Positions 35,823-50,552 of a stretch of DNA of 64,000 nucleotides are shown in pieces. The stretch covers positions 31,558,001-31,622,000 of the forward strand of contig CM022665.1 of the NCBI GenBank assembly GCA_012295275.1, written 5' to 3'. A program made the position numbers and the translations under genes. The notes below the pieces were generated by a model, which was not told where the DNA came from, made no database searches, and saw nothing but the letters and a program-made list of their open reading frames with translations. Source of the stretch: Chrysomallon squamiferum (taxonomy: Eukaryota > Animalia > Mollusca). Numbering within the stretch: position 1 is the stretch's first letter; each line of letters begins with the position of its first letter.

Positions 35823-35831
35823 CTTCTGCAT
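35823..35831 (-). CDS. Candidate alternative first coding exon end (MQK) for the 31059 exon
   Basis: AAACAATGCAGAAG|GTAAGT: A-rich start context and a consensus phase-0 donor. Confidence 0.5.
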
Positions 35832-36474
35832 TGTTTGTTTCTTTTCTGTGTTAAAACCAACGTAACTGTTGATTCTTCAAAACAAACGACTCGCATAACA
35901 TTACCATCAAACCAGTAAACGTAAATAATTCCATGAAATGGTTAATCTCTTTCTCTGTTTTTCTCAGCACTATGACATCAAAGTAAGGAAAACTAACAGT
36001 ACATTTGAAGGACATTCTTCGATCATATAGCTCATCCCTAGTATTATATTCGTTCTGCTTTTCCCGTGACACTTTTAATAACAGAGTCTATAAGCTCGGC
36101 AAGGCTGTAAGTTTAATTGTGTGTGTTAAGGAAAAGCTCTTTTCGTGCCTACTCAGATGATGTTTGTTCTCCACACAAAGAAGCTTTTATTACACATTTT
36201 GCTGTTTGATTTACTACATTCATGACTATAATGGACTCGTTTTTATCTACATGTATAGCGATTAAATACACCTGTATTTAGAATCCCATTCTAAAGTTTA
36301 TGTTTGCTGTCCTTTTAAAAATTATGTATGACGCACTGAATTATTTGTATTTTTTATTTACTGTTTGAAATTTGTATAGAGGTCCATTTCTAAATGCATC
36401 TGTGTATTGTAATCAAATATGTTTGTGCGTCAGTAGGTGCATACGTATACATCTGTTCATGTTCAAAATACTTT

Positions 36475-36512
<38 letters not shown>

Positions 36513-37314
36513 TATGCACGTATGTATGCGTATACATTAACGATTGTATTCTCTTCATAATATATTCAAGTATTTACATAAAATCAGTATTTGGTTTATT
36601 TGCTTCTTCATTTTACGACCATTATTCAACTACTCTTATGTATCATAAATTGAAATTTAGCGAACACTCACTTTTATATCAGGTGAAGTATATTCCCACA
36701 AACAGCCCATTTCACATTAACACTTCACCGCTGTAGTGTTATATACCCATACGTACCTACGTTATACAGGCACTCGAAATCAAAACATTTATATCACTTG
36801 CGGAACAATAGAACTCTCTTAAGTGAAATGGAAAATAATCCTTAGAGTGTGCAGCGAGGACATTAATAACATGTGCCTTTAACTGTTTAATATAAGAAAA
36901 TTCCAGCCTTTAAAATAAATAAAAAATAAAATAAATAACAAGAAAAACATTAAGCATTGTACAGAAGTTCGCATTAAAAATCAAATATCAGTTAACGAAA
37001 TTTAATATAAATAAAGGTTAATAGTAGTAATAATAATAGTAGCGGTAATAGTAGTAGTAGTAGCAGCAGCAGAGACAGTAGTACTAGTATAGGTAATAAC
37101 ACAAACATATACCCATACATACATACATACATACATATATCCATCCATCCATACGTACATACCTACCCATATGGATATATATCCAAAAAAAAAAAAAAAA
37201 GAAGAAGAAGAAAAAACAAGAAGTCATAAACACACGTGCATAACCCCAAATATATACAAATATGCATAAATTATACTGTTGTTTTACTTACATTACTCAT
37301 TAGAAAATACCTAC

Positions 37315-37425
37315 CGGTGCACTTCGGATGCTAAATTTTGGTCTTCGTCTAAGAGCCGATCCCGTCCTCAAATCAATAGCAGCACCAGATATAGACAGCG
37401 CGTCCGTATCAGAACAATAAAACAT
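37315..37425 (-). CDS. Candidate alternative first coding exon (MFYCSDTDALSISGAAIDLRTGSALRRRPKFSIRSAP) for the 31059 exon
   Basis: 37 open codons in a GC/CpG-rich patch, in-frame upstream stop, phase-0 donor CCG|GTAGGT. Confidence 0.6.
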
Positions 37426-39525
37426 TTCTAAGAATTTAATTAAAGACTAGTAACACGAAAACCTAAAGAATTTTTACAGAATTTCTATTCTTTGAAATCA
37501 GATGACGAAGAACATTATAACATCAGCCATTTTTATGTTAAAAAGTTAAGATTTAGAAACACTGTTAAAAAGTACTAGTGACAATTATTTGCATCTAGAG
37601 TATAAAATATCACCAAATCCGGGATAGCTTGGAGAGTTTTAACCTTTGTTAAGCGTCCTCGTCCTAAGATACACTTGTTTCACAGACAACTATTTTCATA
37701 ATCGTAACAACAGTCAGGAGAGACGTGCAAACAGAACAGTGAGAATTTCGTTAACAAGTATTTACTGCGTTTGATAAATTCTGGTCTAGCGTTTAAGGTA
37801 ATATTGAATAATAGCCCAGACTACAATACCATTTATTATGATGTATTGAATATTCCCGTGGATCAAAGCGTGCAAATCTAATATGATTTACATGCATGGA
37901 AATAGAAATACTCGTTAACTTATTATTATCCAGATTACGGTAAGATGCTTAGATTTGCATAAAAAGAGTGTTATCCGCTTCAGCTGACCACATAATCCCA
38001 GCACGAGCCCGTTTGGATATGAATCTTAATGGACGAAATTCTGGCGGTCTGATATTCAATAATGTTCATTAATTATGTTTCAGAGAGAGAGAGTGACTCT
38101 CGGGTGGCCTCATTTAGTTCGACTGGTTAATCATTTTTGACATTTGTGACACCACGAGTAACTCTAACAGCAGACTTCATGAACAGTTGGAAAGAAGATA
38201 ACGATAAAAAAAAAATCAATAAAATTACAATAATAAAAAAAAAATCAATAAAATAAAATTCTGTAAATTTTCTAAATCTGTACAATCTAAAAACGATAAA
38301 CACTGACTATTATTTCGGCTGTTATAATAACAACTACTGCTTTTACCACTACTACAACTACTGTTACTATTATCACCAGCGTCACCAGTACTATTATTAC
38401 TTTTATTCTGCTACTACAATTACTGAAGAAATGTTAATGAAGTTAATTTTGAACTTCTTCATTGATTATATCACCGTCATCATCATCCCGAGGACATAAA
38501 CACCTGACAACATCGAAAAAAAACACCCCAAAACAACAATAATAATAATAATTTTAAAAAACAAAAACAAATTAGGGATTCAAAAAAAAAAAAAAAAATT
38601 AAAAAAACAACTAAAAAAAAATTAATATAAAATATTATTCTAGTTACATTCTCAGGAAAAAAATTAATTAAAAATTGCTCTAGGTTTAATTCGAATTACC
38701 AAAAAATATATCTAAGAAAAGAAATAATATATAGCAACTGTCTCATTTCTTACAGGTACATATCTGACCTATGTCGATTAAAAATAATACTGTATACGAA
38801 AATGTTATTGTATAACATAAATTTTTAAACTCCGTAAGCATTCCCCCCCCCAATAAAAAACGGCTTATAGTGGGTTAATTTATTTCCAAGTACGTTAAAT
38901 AACTTAAACTGAAGTCTTGACACGGCCGCCTTCCATAATGCAATTAACTAGTCTTTCTGGGTAGAATACAATTGCATTAATTTGTGTGTCACCAGGTGCC
39001 GAGTTTAAGACTGGGGGACCCAGCAGTTGCGATCTTATCCAAGTGAGATAACTCAAGATGAAATATGCGAAGGCACGTAATGCTTGCGATCGATGGATTA
39101 TAAACTGTATTTTCTGGTTAATACGAAACAGGATATTTTAATCTTTATTAGACTTTTAGAGCCATTAAAAAAATAATAATAATAATTAAAAAAAAAAAAA
39201 ACTTACAATGTAATAGTAATAAAAAGGAAAAAAGTAAACGAAAGAAAGAATAATTTTTCAGGAAAATACAAATTTAAATACAATTATTTATTTAAAAAAA
39301 ATATATATATATATATATATAATAAAAATAATAGTAATAATAATAAAAGAAAGAAAAAAAAAAGAATAAAAAAAAAAAATGAGGATAAAAAAAATCCAAC
39401 AAAATATATAATTATATATACGCAAATAAAAAATAATTTTGGCAACCTACGGGGCAAAATGAATATAACAACTGAGTCATCAGTGACCATTGATTATGTA
39501 TTGACAAGGAGTATTTAAAAAGAAC

Positions 39526-39590
<65 letters not shown>

Positions 39591-39593
<3 letters not shown>

Positions 39594-39798
39594 TGTAATT
39601 TGTATAAATGGATGTAATGCCTGAAATTACATGTACAGTATATACGTATGTCTATCTGTGACATAAGAGATGGAGAGAGATGCAAACAGAAATAAAAATA
39701 AAACCACAGAGATATTACAAATATATAATTAACACACTTAGAATCACACTAAAATCGACGGCTAATAAGTATAGTGTTAACACTGTCAGTAATGTTAG
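39591..39798 (+). repeat. 208-bp direct repeat, copy 1 (preceded by (AG)n)
   Basis: Reads identically to 42059-42266, from ATGTGTAATTTGTATAAATGG to CACTGTCAGTAATGTTAG. Confidence 0.95.
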
Positions 39799-39839
39799 TA
39801 CTTGAAACAGGAGTATCGATTTACATTAGAAAATTGATT

Positions 39840-39897
<58 letters not shown>

Positions 39898-40375
39898 AGG
39901 AAAAAGAAACAAGAAAAATACTATATAAAAATAATTTTATTTCATTAACGTACACATTACAGTTTTTAAAATCGTCGTCAAATGTCCGTTTTAAAATATG
40001 AAGCTCCTCTCACGGAATCCGCATTCTTTGCGACCGCTTCGTCACAATATTGTCGTACAAAGGCAAGACGCTCGAATGCTTATTTGAAGCATCAGAGCTT
40101 AAGGCAATGAATAACCGCATCATCGTAAACTCGCATCACTGATAAATCTGGAATGCATATTTCTTTGAACAGGTGTGTTACAAAGAATACATGTAGGTCA
40201 GAACGCTGTAAAAATTCTAGATTATCTTAATTTGACATACTACCTGTACAGGTTATAAATTTTAATTTCCATATTTATTGCTTTGTAATATTTAGGTCTT
40301 ATTAGTAAACACCTATATATATATTATACTTCAGTGAAAGGAAGGGTTTATGCTGACTTTATGGCTGGTTTGTCT

Positions 40376-40377
<2 letters not shown>

Positions 40378-40460
<83 letters not shown>
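40378..40460. repeat. (CT)n microsatellite
   Basis: Directly visible; nearby (AG)n at 39529-39590 and 41987-42058, (TTA)n at 39842-39896, (CA)n at 42694-42750. Confidence 0.95.
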
Positions 40461-40748
40461 GTTACTTTGTTTATATATATATATATATTTGTTTGTTTAT
40501 TGTTAATGTATTTTCTTCCTTTGACATTATATCTTGATAACAAGAAGAATAGAATAAGGAAAAAGGAAAAAGAGTTTGGGTTTCTTTTGAAAGTTTGAGA
40601 TACTTAGTTGTTAATGGAAAATAAGTGGCTGTGCCAAGCTTGGTTTAGGAGATGGTGGCTGCAGTTTCATAATAAACATATAATATCAGTTTAAGAAAAA
40701 AAATAAAAAATAAAAAATAAATAAATAAATAAATAATGATAATAATAA

Positions 40749-40789
<41 letters not shown>

Positions 40790-41983
40790 TGAAAATAAAA
40801 TGAAAATAAACTAAAATAAATTAATTTAAGAATATAATGTGCAAAGACATTGTTATAATCCTCTCGTTCTAAATTGTCTCTTTTGTAGTAATACGTGAAT
40901 CGTCGCTAGCAAGATAAATATACAGATAGACTGATACACTTAAGCAAATACAAAAATGCGGACATACATTTTATTAGAGTCACACGTTTCAGTTGTATAA
41001 ATAAGTATATAATAAATATGTCAGAAACATTCGTAATAAAAAGATTTTATGGAATTATCAGACACTAAACAGTTTTCAATACTAATACTAATAATAACAA
41101 TAACAATAATGATGATAATAATAACAATAACAACAACAATATGAACAGTACTACTAATAAACTTTAATAATAAAAACTAATAATAAACTATACTACTACA
41201 ACATGAGCAACAATAACAACAGCAATAAATATCAATAATAAAAATAAAATATTAAAAAGTAAAATATGTCACATGTAGAAGCAGAGGAAGTAAGAACAAC
41301 TCTAAAAACGTTTATGTTGAATTTATATATAACGCATTTCAAAACTTGACTCTTATCATGGGCACATTTCACCTGCTACCAGGTAAAGGAAAAGGGAAGC
41401 GTCTCTGTTAAAACTGACGTCTTGCATATAAACATATGTACGTGTTCTTTAGTCTGATAATAACAAAAACTACACAGCTTCTTTACATTTTAAGTAAATA
41501 TGAAAGTAAGTTCCCTGTTCAGAACACAGTGTTGAAATCTTTGTGTAAGTTAATGAACCATTTTGCTTTTATAATAGACAGTCTTGTCATCACTGTGTTC
41601 AAATATTTAACAGCAGGGGTAAAAAGCAAATGAAATGATTTTTTTTTTTTAAAGGTATTATTAATACGGGTATAAAGTAAATAAAAAAAAAAAATGTGAT
41701 TATTTATGCGACGTATACAAACACACACAGTGATAACAATGTAAACCGCGGTAGAGGAAGAAGATATACAGAGATAAAGACAAACTGATAGAAAAAAATA
41801 GAGGAAAGATGTTAGATGAAACGTGATGGCGAGAGGAAAAGATCAGAGATACAGTGTGTGAAAGTGTATATGTGTATGTGCACATGTAAGTGAGTGTATG
41901 TGTGTATGTGTGAATTTGTATCCGTACTTATATAATTCTATATGAAAACCTATGTATATATGTAGTTGAGTGTGTGTGTGTGT

Positions 41984-42058
<75 letters not shown>

Positions 42059-42061
<3 letters not shown>

Positions 42062-42266
42062 TGTAATTTGTATAAATGGATGTAATGCCTGAAATTACAT
42101 GTACAGTATATACGTATGTCTATCTGTGACATAAGAGATGGAGAGAGATGCAAACAGAAATAAAAATAAAACCACAGAGATATTACAAATATATAATTAA
42201 CACACTTAGAATCACACTAAAATCGACGGCTAATAAGTATAGTGTTAACACTGTCAGTAATGTTAG
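42059..42266 (+). repeat. 208-bp direct repeat, copy 2 (preceded by (AG)n)
   Basis: Identical to 39591-39798 at an offset of 2468 bp. Confidence 0.95.
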
Positions 42267-42687
42267 ATATTGCCAGGCTGACATATGTTCACTCCCTTAG
42301 GAGATTAATTAATACTGCATTCTCTCTTGATACTTAAACAAAAACATGTATTAAGACACACACACGCACACACGCATGTAGTCTCGCGAATACTTATGCA
42401 GGTTTAAGCATTAAGATGTAAGATATATAGTTAGATTGTGTAATTTCACGAAAATGCCATTTCGCCAGATATTTTATCTAATCTCTGTCATATTAACGAA
42501 ATCCCAATATCGCAATCTTGCTATAGTACATACATATATATCGTTTGTAATATCATTTAAAACAATAAATACATATAGACTTTGTGATATTTTAATCTTG
42601 ATGCAGTGGCACACATTTTTTACATCTCAACGCTCGCAAACGCTTATAAACAGACATTCGCACAAACACATAAAAACACAGATTCAT

Positions 42688-42754
<67 letters not shown>

Positions 42755-45700
42755 TACATAAAGCCATGAGAACAATAAGGATGTATATTGTTATCAAGCC
42801 ATATGAATTCATTCATCTCTTTCCTGTCTCATAAAGTTTTAACCTGATTCTCTATACATCACTCTCCTTATATCTCTCACATCACTGTAGTTTAACTAGT
42901 GAGATACCATCACGAGATGAAAGCCAATCGTTCGTTACCACCTACGTCAATCCCAAACGTTGTTTTTCTTTTCTTTTTTAAAATAATATACATTTCCAGT
43001 ACTCTCGTGCACCAACCCACGATAAAGATAATAGTTATGCACACACAATACTGAGGAAAGGAAAAGATACGTTTTTGTTGGACATGAACAAATATAATTT
43101 TTATTTTTTTATTTTTTATTTTGAGCAGCTTAATTGTAACACAAACCGGTCACCTATTTTAGCGTCGGAAACGATGTAGAAACTGGACAGACTTGATGTT
43201 ATTTGTAATTAATACTCTTTTTTGTTTGTTTATTTGTTTGGGAATGTATACGTGTATATCTGTGAATGTAGGCGTAAGGGTGTGTTTGACTTTGTTTCTT
43301 CGAGAATGCACCTGTCGACTTATTTTAATGACAATGTGAAATTATTACATTTTTCTACATTTGTGAATTTTGGCACCGTAGTGATTAACTGTATTAAAGA
43401 AATATAAATTAAACGTTTTTTTTTTTTTATTTGTTTTTTTTTTCTTTGTTTTCGTCAGAATTGTAGGGTATACTAGTATATAAAAAGTATGATGATCTTG
43501 TATGCCTTTATACATTACTTAGAGCTTTCTTCAAAATTAAAGGATATAGTCTAGAGTAATGGCCGTACTACATGTAATTTATGATGGACTCGGTATGGAC
43601 ATGGATCTTACAATAAAAGCGTAGCTGAGCGCCCTAGCTTACTTGTAAATTCAGTATGAAACATGATATGTTATTCTGTACTTAAGGTTTTACTTGAATG
43701 TGAATGTCCTATGCACTGATTTGCACTATAAGATTCAATCAGAAACCTTTCAGCATATGATGGATTCATTATAAAAATATTGATTTCTTGACGTTAATAA
43801 TCTGTGTATTTTTGGTATTATACGTGTTAGAATGATTCATCATCATTATCTTATATGAATTTCATTAATATTTAATGAAGTATCCTCGAAGACAGCCGAC
43901 TACAGCTTAGATTTAACTTAAGTTCAGCTGTGTTCAAGCTAATTTTCTAAGTGGGCGCCCGATAAGACAAGTCATATACCCTTTTATATCTGTAGAAGCT
44001 TTAAGTTACATATATATATATACACACACACACACACATATATACATATATATATATAAAAATGTAGCATGTGTCACATACGATTCTATTTGTTTACCTG
44101 TTTGAAAAAGGTCCAGTTTGAGAATGATATAGACTTTATATACAAACTAAGACGCGCGCACACACATAGGAAAGTTATAATAATTTTTAGTAACTGGTGT
44201 ATTTATTTGGGTTTCTATCTAATACCTATTTCTGCTTAACTGATAAGTTTATTTTCAGTTCAATAAGCTTTTTATTTTTCTTAATCTTAACATTTCTTCA
44301 CTCTCACACAGAGCTAAGTTTCTGTAATCAAAGTTTGATTCTAGCAGTTTGTCTAATACAAACCAGTCTGAGGTTTTACTTTGATTTAATTTTCTGCTGG
44401 AGTCTAGTTTTAACGTTGTAGACGAAAAGTCTGCTGTCCCTATATATACACTGACATGTATATCTGTGGTTCCCAACTTCAACCCCTCAAAGAGTCTGCT
44501 GGCTTCTTTGGCATAAAAGTCAACCGACTTCTGAAAATGTGTGACCCATATGGTTGTATTCATTAACATATTTTATAAAACGTTTCACATTTAATGTAAC
44601 AATTTATTCATTTTGCCACCGACATTGACGAGTTCAGACGATATTTTATTTTTTATTTTATTTTTTTTATAGATCATTTTCAAATTGCCCCCATATGGGG
44701 ATCACGCAATACGATGGTAATCACAGATGTATGTAGATATTTTTCTGCTTCAGTTATGCATAATAAGATACATTCTATATCTAGGGACGAATTTGTAAGA
44801 TATATTTGTACTAGAATGTCTGTATAATAACATTAGCTGAATATAATTCTATATTAAATAACACATTTTATGTTTAATTTTTTGTATCCTACGGTAATAT
44901 GATATTGTGGTTCGGTTAAAACTGCCATGCACTGAATTCAATAGGTTTTATTTCCAGTGTCACAATACGCTTACACTTGCACGTTTGTGAATAAATATGT
45001 CTGAATTCGTAACGCAACTTAAAAGTGGACTAATTAACCTTTTCGTGTTAAATTACCTGGGTATGTTTCAACAAACAGTACTTTAGTACTGCAGCAATAT
45101 CTGACATTGGTTACGTAAACAAAATAAAAATTAATAGTAATAAAACTCACTCAAATCAGGGGGCGGATCTAGTGATTGAAAAAAAAAAAATGTTATGGTG
45201 TATATACTAGTAATTTGAAAGATGAAATATAAAAATGGGGTTCTCCCATTATATTCACACGGTGATCCGCATGTATTTAATACAATATCATTTTTCAGAT
45301 TCACCGATCAAGTTGTCATGTGTTAGTCTCTTTAGATATAAATACCATTCAAATCGCATAAAGGTTCTTCAAGCTTCATCAGCGAGTATATCATTGTACT
45401 CATTACAGAGTGTTCATTTTTTCTTTTATAAATATTGTAAATAATGTACATTATTTACATAATACAATTATAATTTACAGTACATTATTTAAAAATTATG
45501 AATTAACAATTATAGATTAAACCTTTCACTGAATTGCAGCTTATGTATTAGTGAGAAAGTAGTTAGACGATCTTCTGCGTGTGTGTGTGTGTGTTTTTGC
45601 ATGCGTGTCAAACACATATAGTTATATGTATTACCCATAGCTTTCTTCAAATAATAAACTATTATTGTAAAAGAATTTGATGTTTGTATACATTCACCAG

Positions 45701-46905
45701 TTTATTTAAGAAAATGTCATTCAAAACGCCTCCAGGTTTTCTGTCCTTTGAACTTTCCTGTGGTCAGTCTTGTTGCTCGTGGATGTTTCAGAGATTTTAA
45801 TCAGTCACATGTTAAGAGAAACGCCTATAAGATAAAACAATATGTGAGTAATAAAATAGTTTATTTAATGTGACTCACTAAACGTTGTTTGCAGGACATG
45901 CAGTCAGTGACGTGGAAAGAGAAGCAGCTACTTTTTACATCCTTGAAAAATATATTTAATATGTGTAATAATAATAATAATAATAATAATAGTAGTAGTA
46001 GTAGTAGTATTTAGATACACATCGTAAGTTTTTACTTTAATGTTCATGTAAATTTAAATTTACACGCTGTGGGAATTACATTTTGTTAATCTACCCTAGT
46101 GGGAATATTTTTTTTTCCTCTTCGAGTTAGTTTTTAATTTCAGATCAGTGCATCAGCACGGTGTTAAATTTCACAGGTGTTAGACGCAGGTAAATTTTTC
46201 TGACGAAGATTAGCCGACTTGACATCTCTCCCTATTTCAACGATCTTTCTGTTTGGTCTTTTAGATAAAATGCATTTAACCGTCAACTTTACTACAGTTT
46301 ACAATAGCATGTTGACAGAGGATACCTTTCTTTACTGCAAGAGTTTTGGTTAGTAACATAATCCTATGAAAACAAAATTTTCAAGCCAAAATGTGGATGG
46401 GGTAAAATTTCACCCATTAAAAAAAAAATAGTAATAATAATAATAAAAATCAGGCTTTTGGGCCTTTTAAAGTATTTCTTTACATATCTTACCTCTATAT
46501 TTCATTCTTTGCCATTTTCTTTTTTTTAAATAAATAAATAAACAATAATAATGATTATGATGAGAACAACAACAGCTACTGCAACAAAACAAAAAAAACA
46601 CAACAAAAAAATAATAATAATAATAATAAAAAAAATTGTGACACAAAGAAAATGTAATTTCTCTAATTCTTTAGAAATATTTTATTCTGTACGTATTTAC
46701 ATTATAAATCTTTTGTTTGGTTTTTGTTAGACGTTGCCGGGTACAATCCCGTCTTAAGTGGAAATTTCCGATTCTGACGGGTCTCCTCTCAAATACCTAT
46801 CTTAATATGACAACCAATAGGAAATATTATTGTGTTATCCATGCATGTGGTAATACTCGTAAACCAATTCATTTCACGCTAGAGGTAGTATGTAATTGCA
46901 CATAC

Positions 46906-46992
46906 CGTTGAAGTATTAGTGATTAGGCACTTGGCAGTCGCTTCTCGTTCGCCTGAAATGACCTCCATGGTTGCCGTTGCTAGTTTACCCAT
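46906..46992 (-). CDS. Candidate alternative first coding exon (MGKLATATMEVISGEREATAKCLITNTST) for the 31059 exon
   Basis: 29 open codons in a GC/CpG-rich patch, phase-0 donor ACG|GTATGT, GGGGCGGG GC-box about 140 bp upstream (47132-47139). Confidence 0.45.
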
Positions 46993-47724
46993 GCGAATGC
47001 AGAAAGGTTTTTTTGTTTTGCTAGTTATCAGATTAGGAATTAAGAAAACTCTCGTAAACGAACATGAAAATAAAAGTAAATCCTTTTTATCAACAATAGT
47101 AAATCCATCGAGAGTAGAAACAAACAAAGCTGGGGCGGGGACGCATGCAAACACCCGAGGCGTGTACAGTTTGTTTTTCTGTTTTTCTTAAAAGATTTTT
47201 CATGGACACCCAAGAATATGTGGGAGGTTCGTATTCATGTAAGGATAAGAAATGTGTTTAGAGTTAATGTTTACTAGCTTGTAGGTTCAGTTACCAAATA
47301 CTTTCTCTCCTCCTTTTTTTTTTATTCCTTCGTAGTCAAATATGAGGTTGTTGGAGGTTTCTGTAATAAGTATTTCTGGGCCTTAAGGAGAAAAACATTT
47401 TCGCAAGTTGACATCCAAAACCCAGATTGTGCAGTGAAGGGTTAACATAGTTAAACGTATGAAGAGTTAACAGTTGCTAAACTATCATTATCGTATCACG
47501 GAGTCTCTGAAGATATTTAAAAAAGGGAACAGCCATTTTTCTCTCCATGACGTCCATCCATCGATTAGCATTTATAAAGTTTTATAACTCTACTCAGACA
47601 GGAAAACACGTAAAACAGACTTAGAGGGAACTGCCTGCAACGAAAATAGACTTACAAAAGTATTACCACCTTAAAAGGTGACCAATAGGTCAGAGGTACT
47701 ATCATTCTATCAGACAGCCAGACT

Positions 47725-47838
<114 letters not shown>

Positions 47839-48975
47839 GGAATCCTAAAAGTGGGACGAAAAATCGATCCTTGATAGCTCGTTTGAAGAACAATATATCG
47901 TAATATGTTTTTAAAAGCGCCACGAGGGAGACTTTTATTTGTTCATTTTACCTTGTTTTATGAGCATGGTGTAAATAAATCCAAATAAATATTAATACTA
48001 GAGTTTATTACTTTTCAAATGAGTTATAAGACCAGGTAATCATTTTCTTTTTTTAATATCTGACTTTAAACCTCAGTATACCTAAATAGAATATATAAAA
48101 CTGCAGCACAAACAGAAAATATTTAAAAAAATAAATTGTTTAAACTATTAATATATATAGGTTGTTTTATTATATTTAAAATGTTCCTAAATTAAGGATA
48201 AAATTCTAAAATAATATTTAGATAATCAAAATTGTGTGTATTATGCTATTATGTTATTATACACTAATAAGGTGGGGTTACTTTGATTTGGAAAAGATAT
48301 AAATGTTTAATCGTGTTCAGTTATCCTATATATGTTGTGTCACATGCTATAAATTAATATTGAATAATATGTCTTATTGGTAAAAAGGAAAGAGATCCAG
48401 TGAGCCATCACTGATAAATAATAGTACATATATAAGGTAACTTTCTGTTTGCAATAAACTGAATAAAGAAAATTTACTACATTTGGTGCTTCATTTTCAA
48501 ACATTATTTTACATATTCGCAACATTGACCCAATGTATTTTAAAAGAACAAAAACAAAGAAAGATATTCTAAACTAACTTCTTATTGGAACTCTTTTAAT
48601 CTCCAGCAGTTAAAATGTTCAGTGCAAATTCGCGTAAGCTGATTTGAAATTGTAAATTGCTTTGATAATCAAACTATCCTTGCATCAGGTGTACCGTAAA
48701 TATGACGTCCAGTCTAGACTTTTAAATTTCATTATATTAATGGAAAGTGCTAAATGACAACATTTTCTCTTGTCTGAAAGGCCAGTATATATAATAAATC
48801 CTTTCCATTTGAGTAATGATACAAACGAATCCATCAGTGAAAGAAATGAACGTGTCAACATGAATATAAGTAATACAATAATATGTTATGGAAAACAAAA
48901 ATTGTTTCGATATTGCTTCAGTATCGTGTAGGACTACAATAGTTTTTCAATAAAGAAATAAAATAATAATAATAA

Positions 48976-49006
<31 letters not shown>

Positions 49007-50056
49007 AAGAAGAAGAAAAGAGAGAGAAAGAAAATAGCCAACGATAACGATGAAAGGATAAAGTCAAAAAGAAAAGAAAACAAAACATTCGGTTGAGCTA
49101 TGTGTACGGAGAATATGTTCATAATTGTAATGAAGAGGTCGATCTTGAGCCTTTGAAATATCCATTAAGCACGACATCACAGGATCAGAACAATGTAAGT
49201 AGTAATTTGTCGAGTAGGTTGGTGACCTAGGCTGCACGGACAATGATTTCGTATAAATTCCAGTTTAAATCTGAACGTCCTGAGGTAACGAAAAGTCTAT
49301 AATTATGTTTTGTCTGAAGTAGAAACAATAGCACGGTAAAAAAAAAAACGACGTCAATACAGGACATACACAACAGAAAAAAAATAATAATAATAAAAAA
49401 ATAAATAAAAATAGAAAATACAGATTTTTATACATAAGTATTTTTCTTTTAATTGGAATTCATTTTACTCTCTCTCTCTCATACATACAAAGAAACAGTC
49501 ATACTTCTGACCTACCTCTATCTTTACTGCTACTACTACTACTACTGTTACTAATAATGATGATTATGATGATGATGATAATGATTACAGATAATGATAA
49601 TGTATAGGAGTATTCTGAAAAATAATCTTGGCTGCTATACTTATGTTTTATAAACATGCTAAAGCAGATTAAAATGACATATAACAGTGTAATGCAGTGA
49701 TAAGACTAAGCGTTATATTTGTTTGGTAGTAATCAATATAAAATTGCCATAATAGTTTACTAAAAATTATAATGTCTTCAAGCGTTTAAGATTAACTGTT
49801 TATTTGGTATATTGTACCATGCTGAAGGTATCTTAAAGATATGTTGGAGACATGCAGACGTTACAGACAGTAATTTGTTTTCTTGAATTATTCTTGAATT
49901 ATTCTTCATCTGTAAATTTGATCTATTATTATTTAATGATCAACGTACATACATACAAGCACGTTCCACGTTTCTAACAAGGACAGATTTTATCCGTGTC
50001 TTAAATCGTGTGTTGTGATTTAGCTTAAAATTTGCCAGCCTGATTCAGTCGAACAG

Positions 50057-50099
<43 letters not shown>

Positions 50100-50501
50100 T
50101 TTCTTCTTTTTTCCCCACAGATGCATTAGAGGCAACTGTTTACCAATGCCAATTAATATGCATGTTGCTGACGTAAATGTAGCCACTTTATCATTATTAA
50201 TATAATTAATGATCTTGGTGTTACTGCGGAACATCAATAAAAAGGAAATTAATACGCATTAACCTAAAAGAGCCGTGCACTAAAGTGGTGTAATACAGTT
50301 AATTTTAAACGTAAAAAAAACTTTTATAAATGATTGACGGAAACCATAAAAGAAATTTCATCATTGCTTTAACAACAATATGGGTTAAATAATGTAAAAT
50401 ATTTCTGATTAGTGTGAGAGCCATACTGTGTTTGTGGGTGTCAGTGTATGGGTATATGTTTGTGTGTGCAATGGCGTGCAATCATGTGTATACGTATGTT
50501 G

Positions 50502-50552
<51 letters not shown>

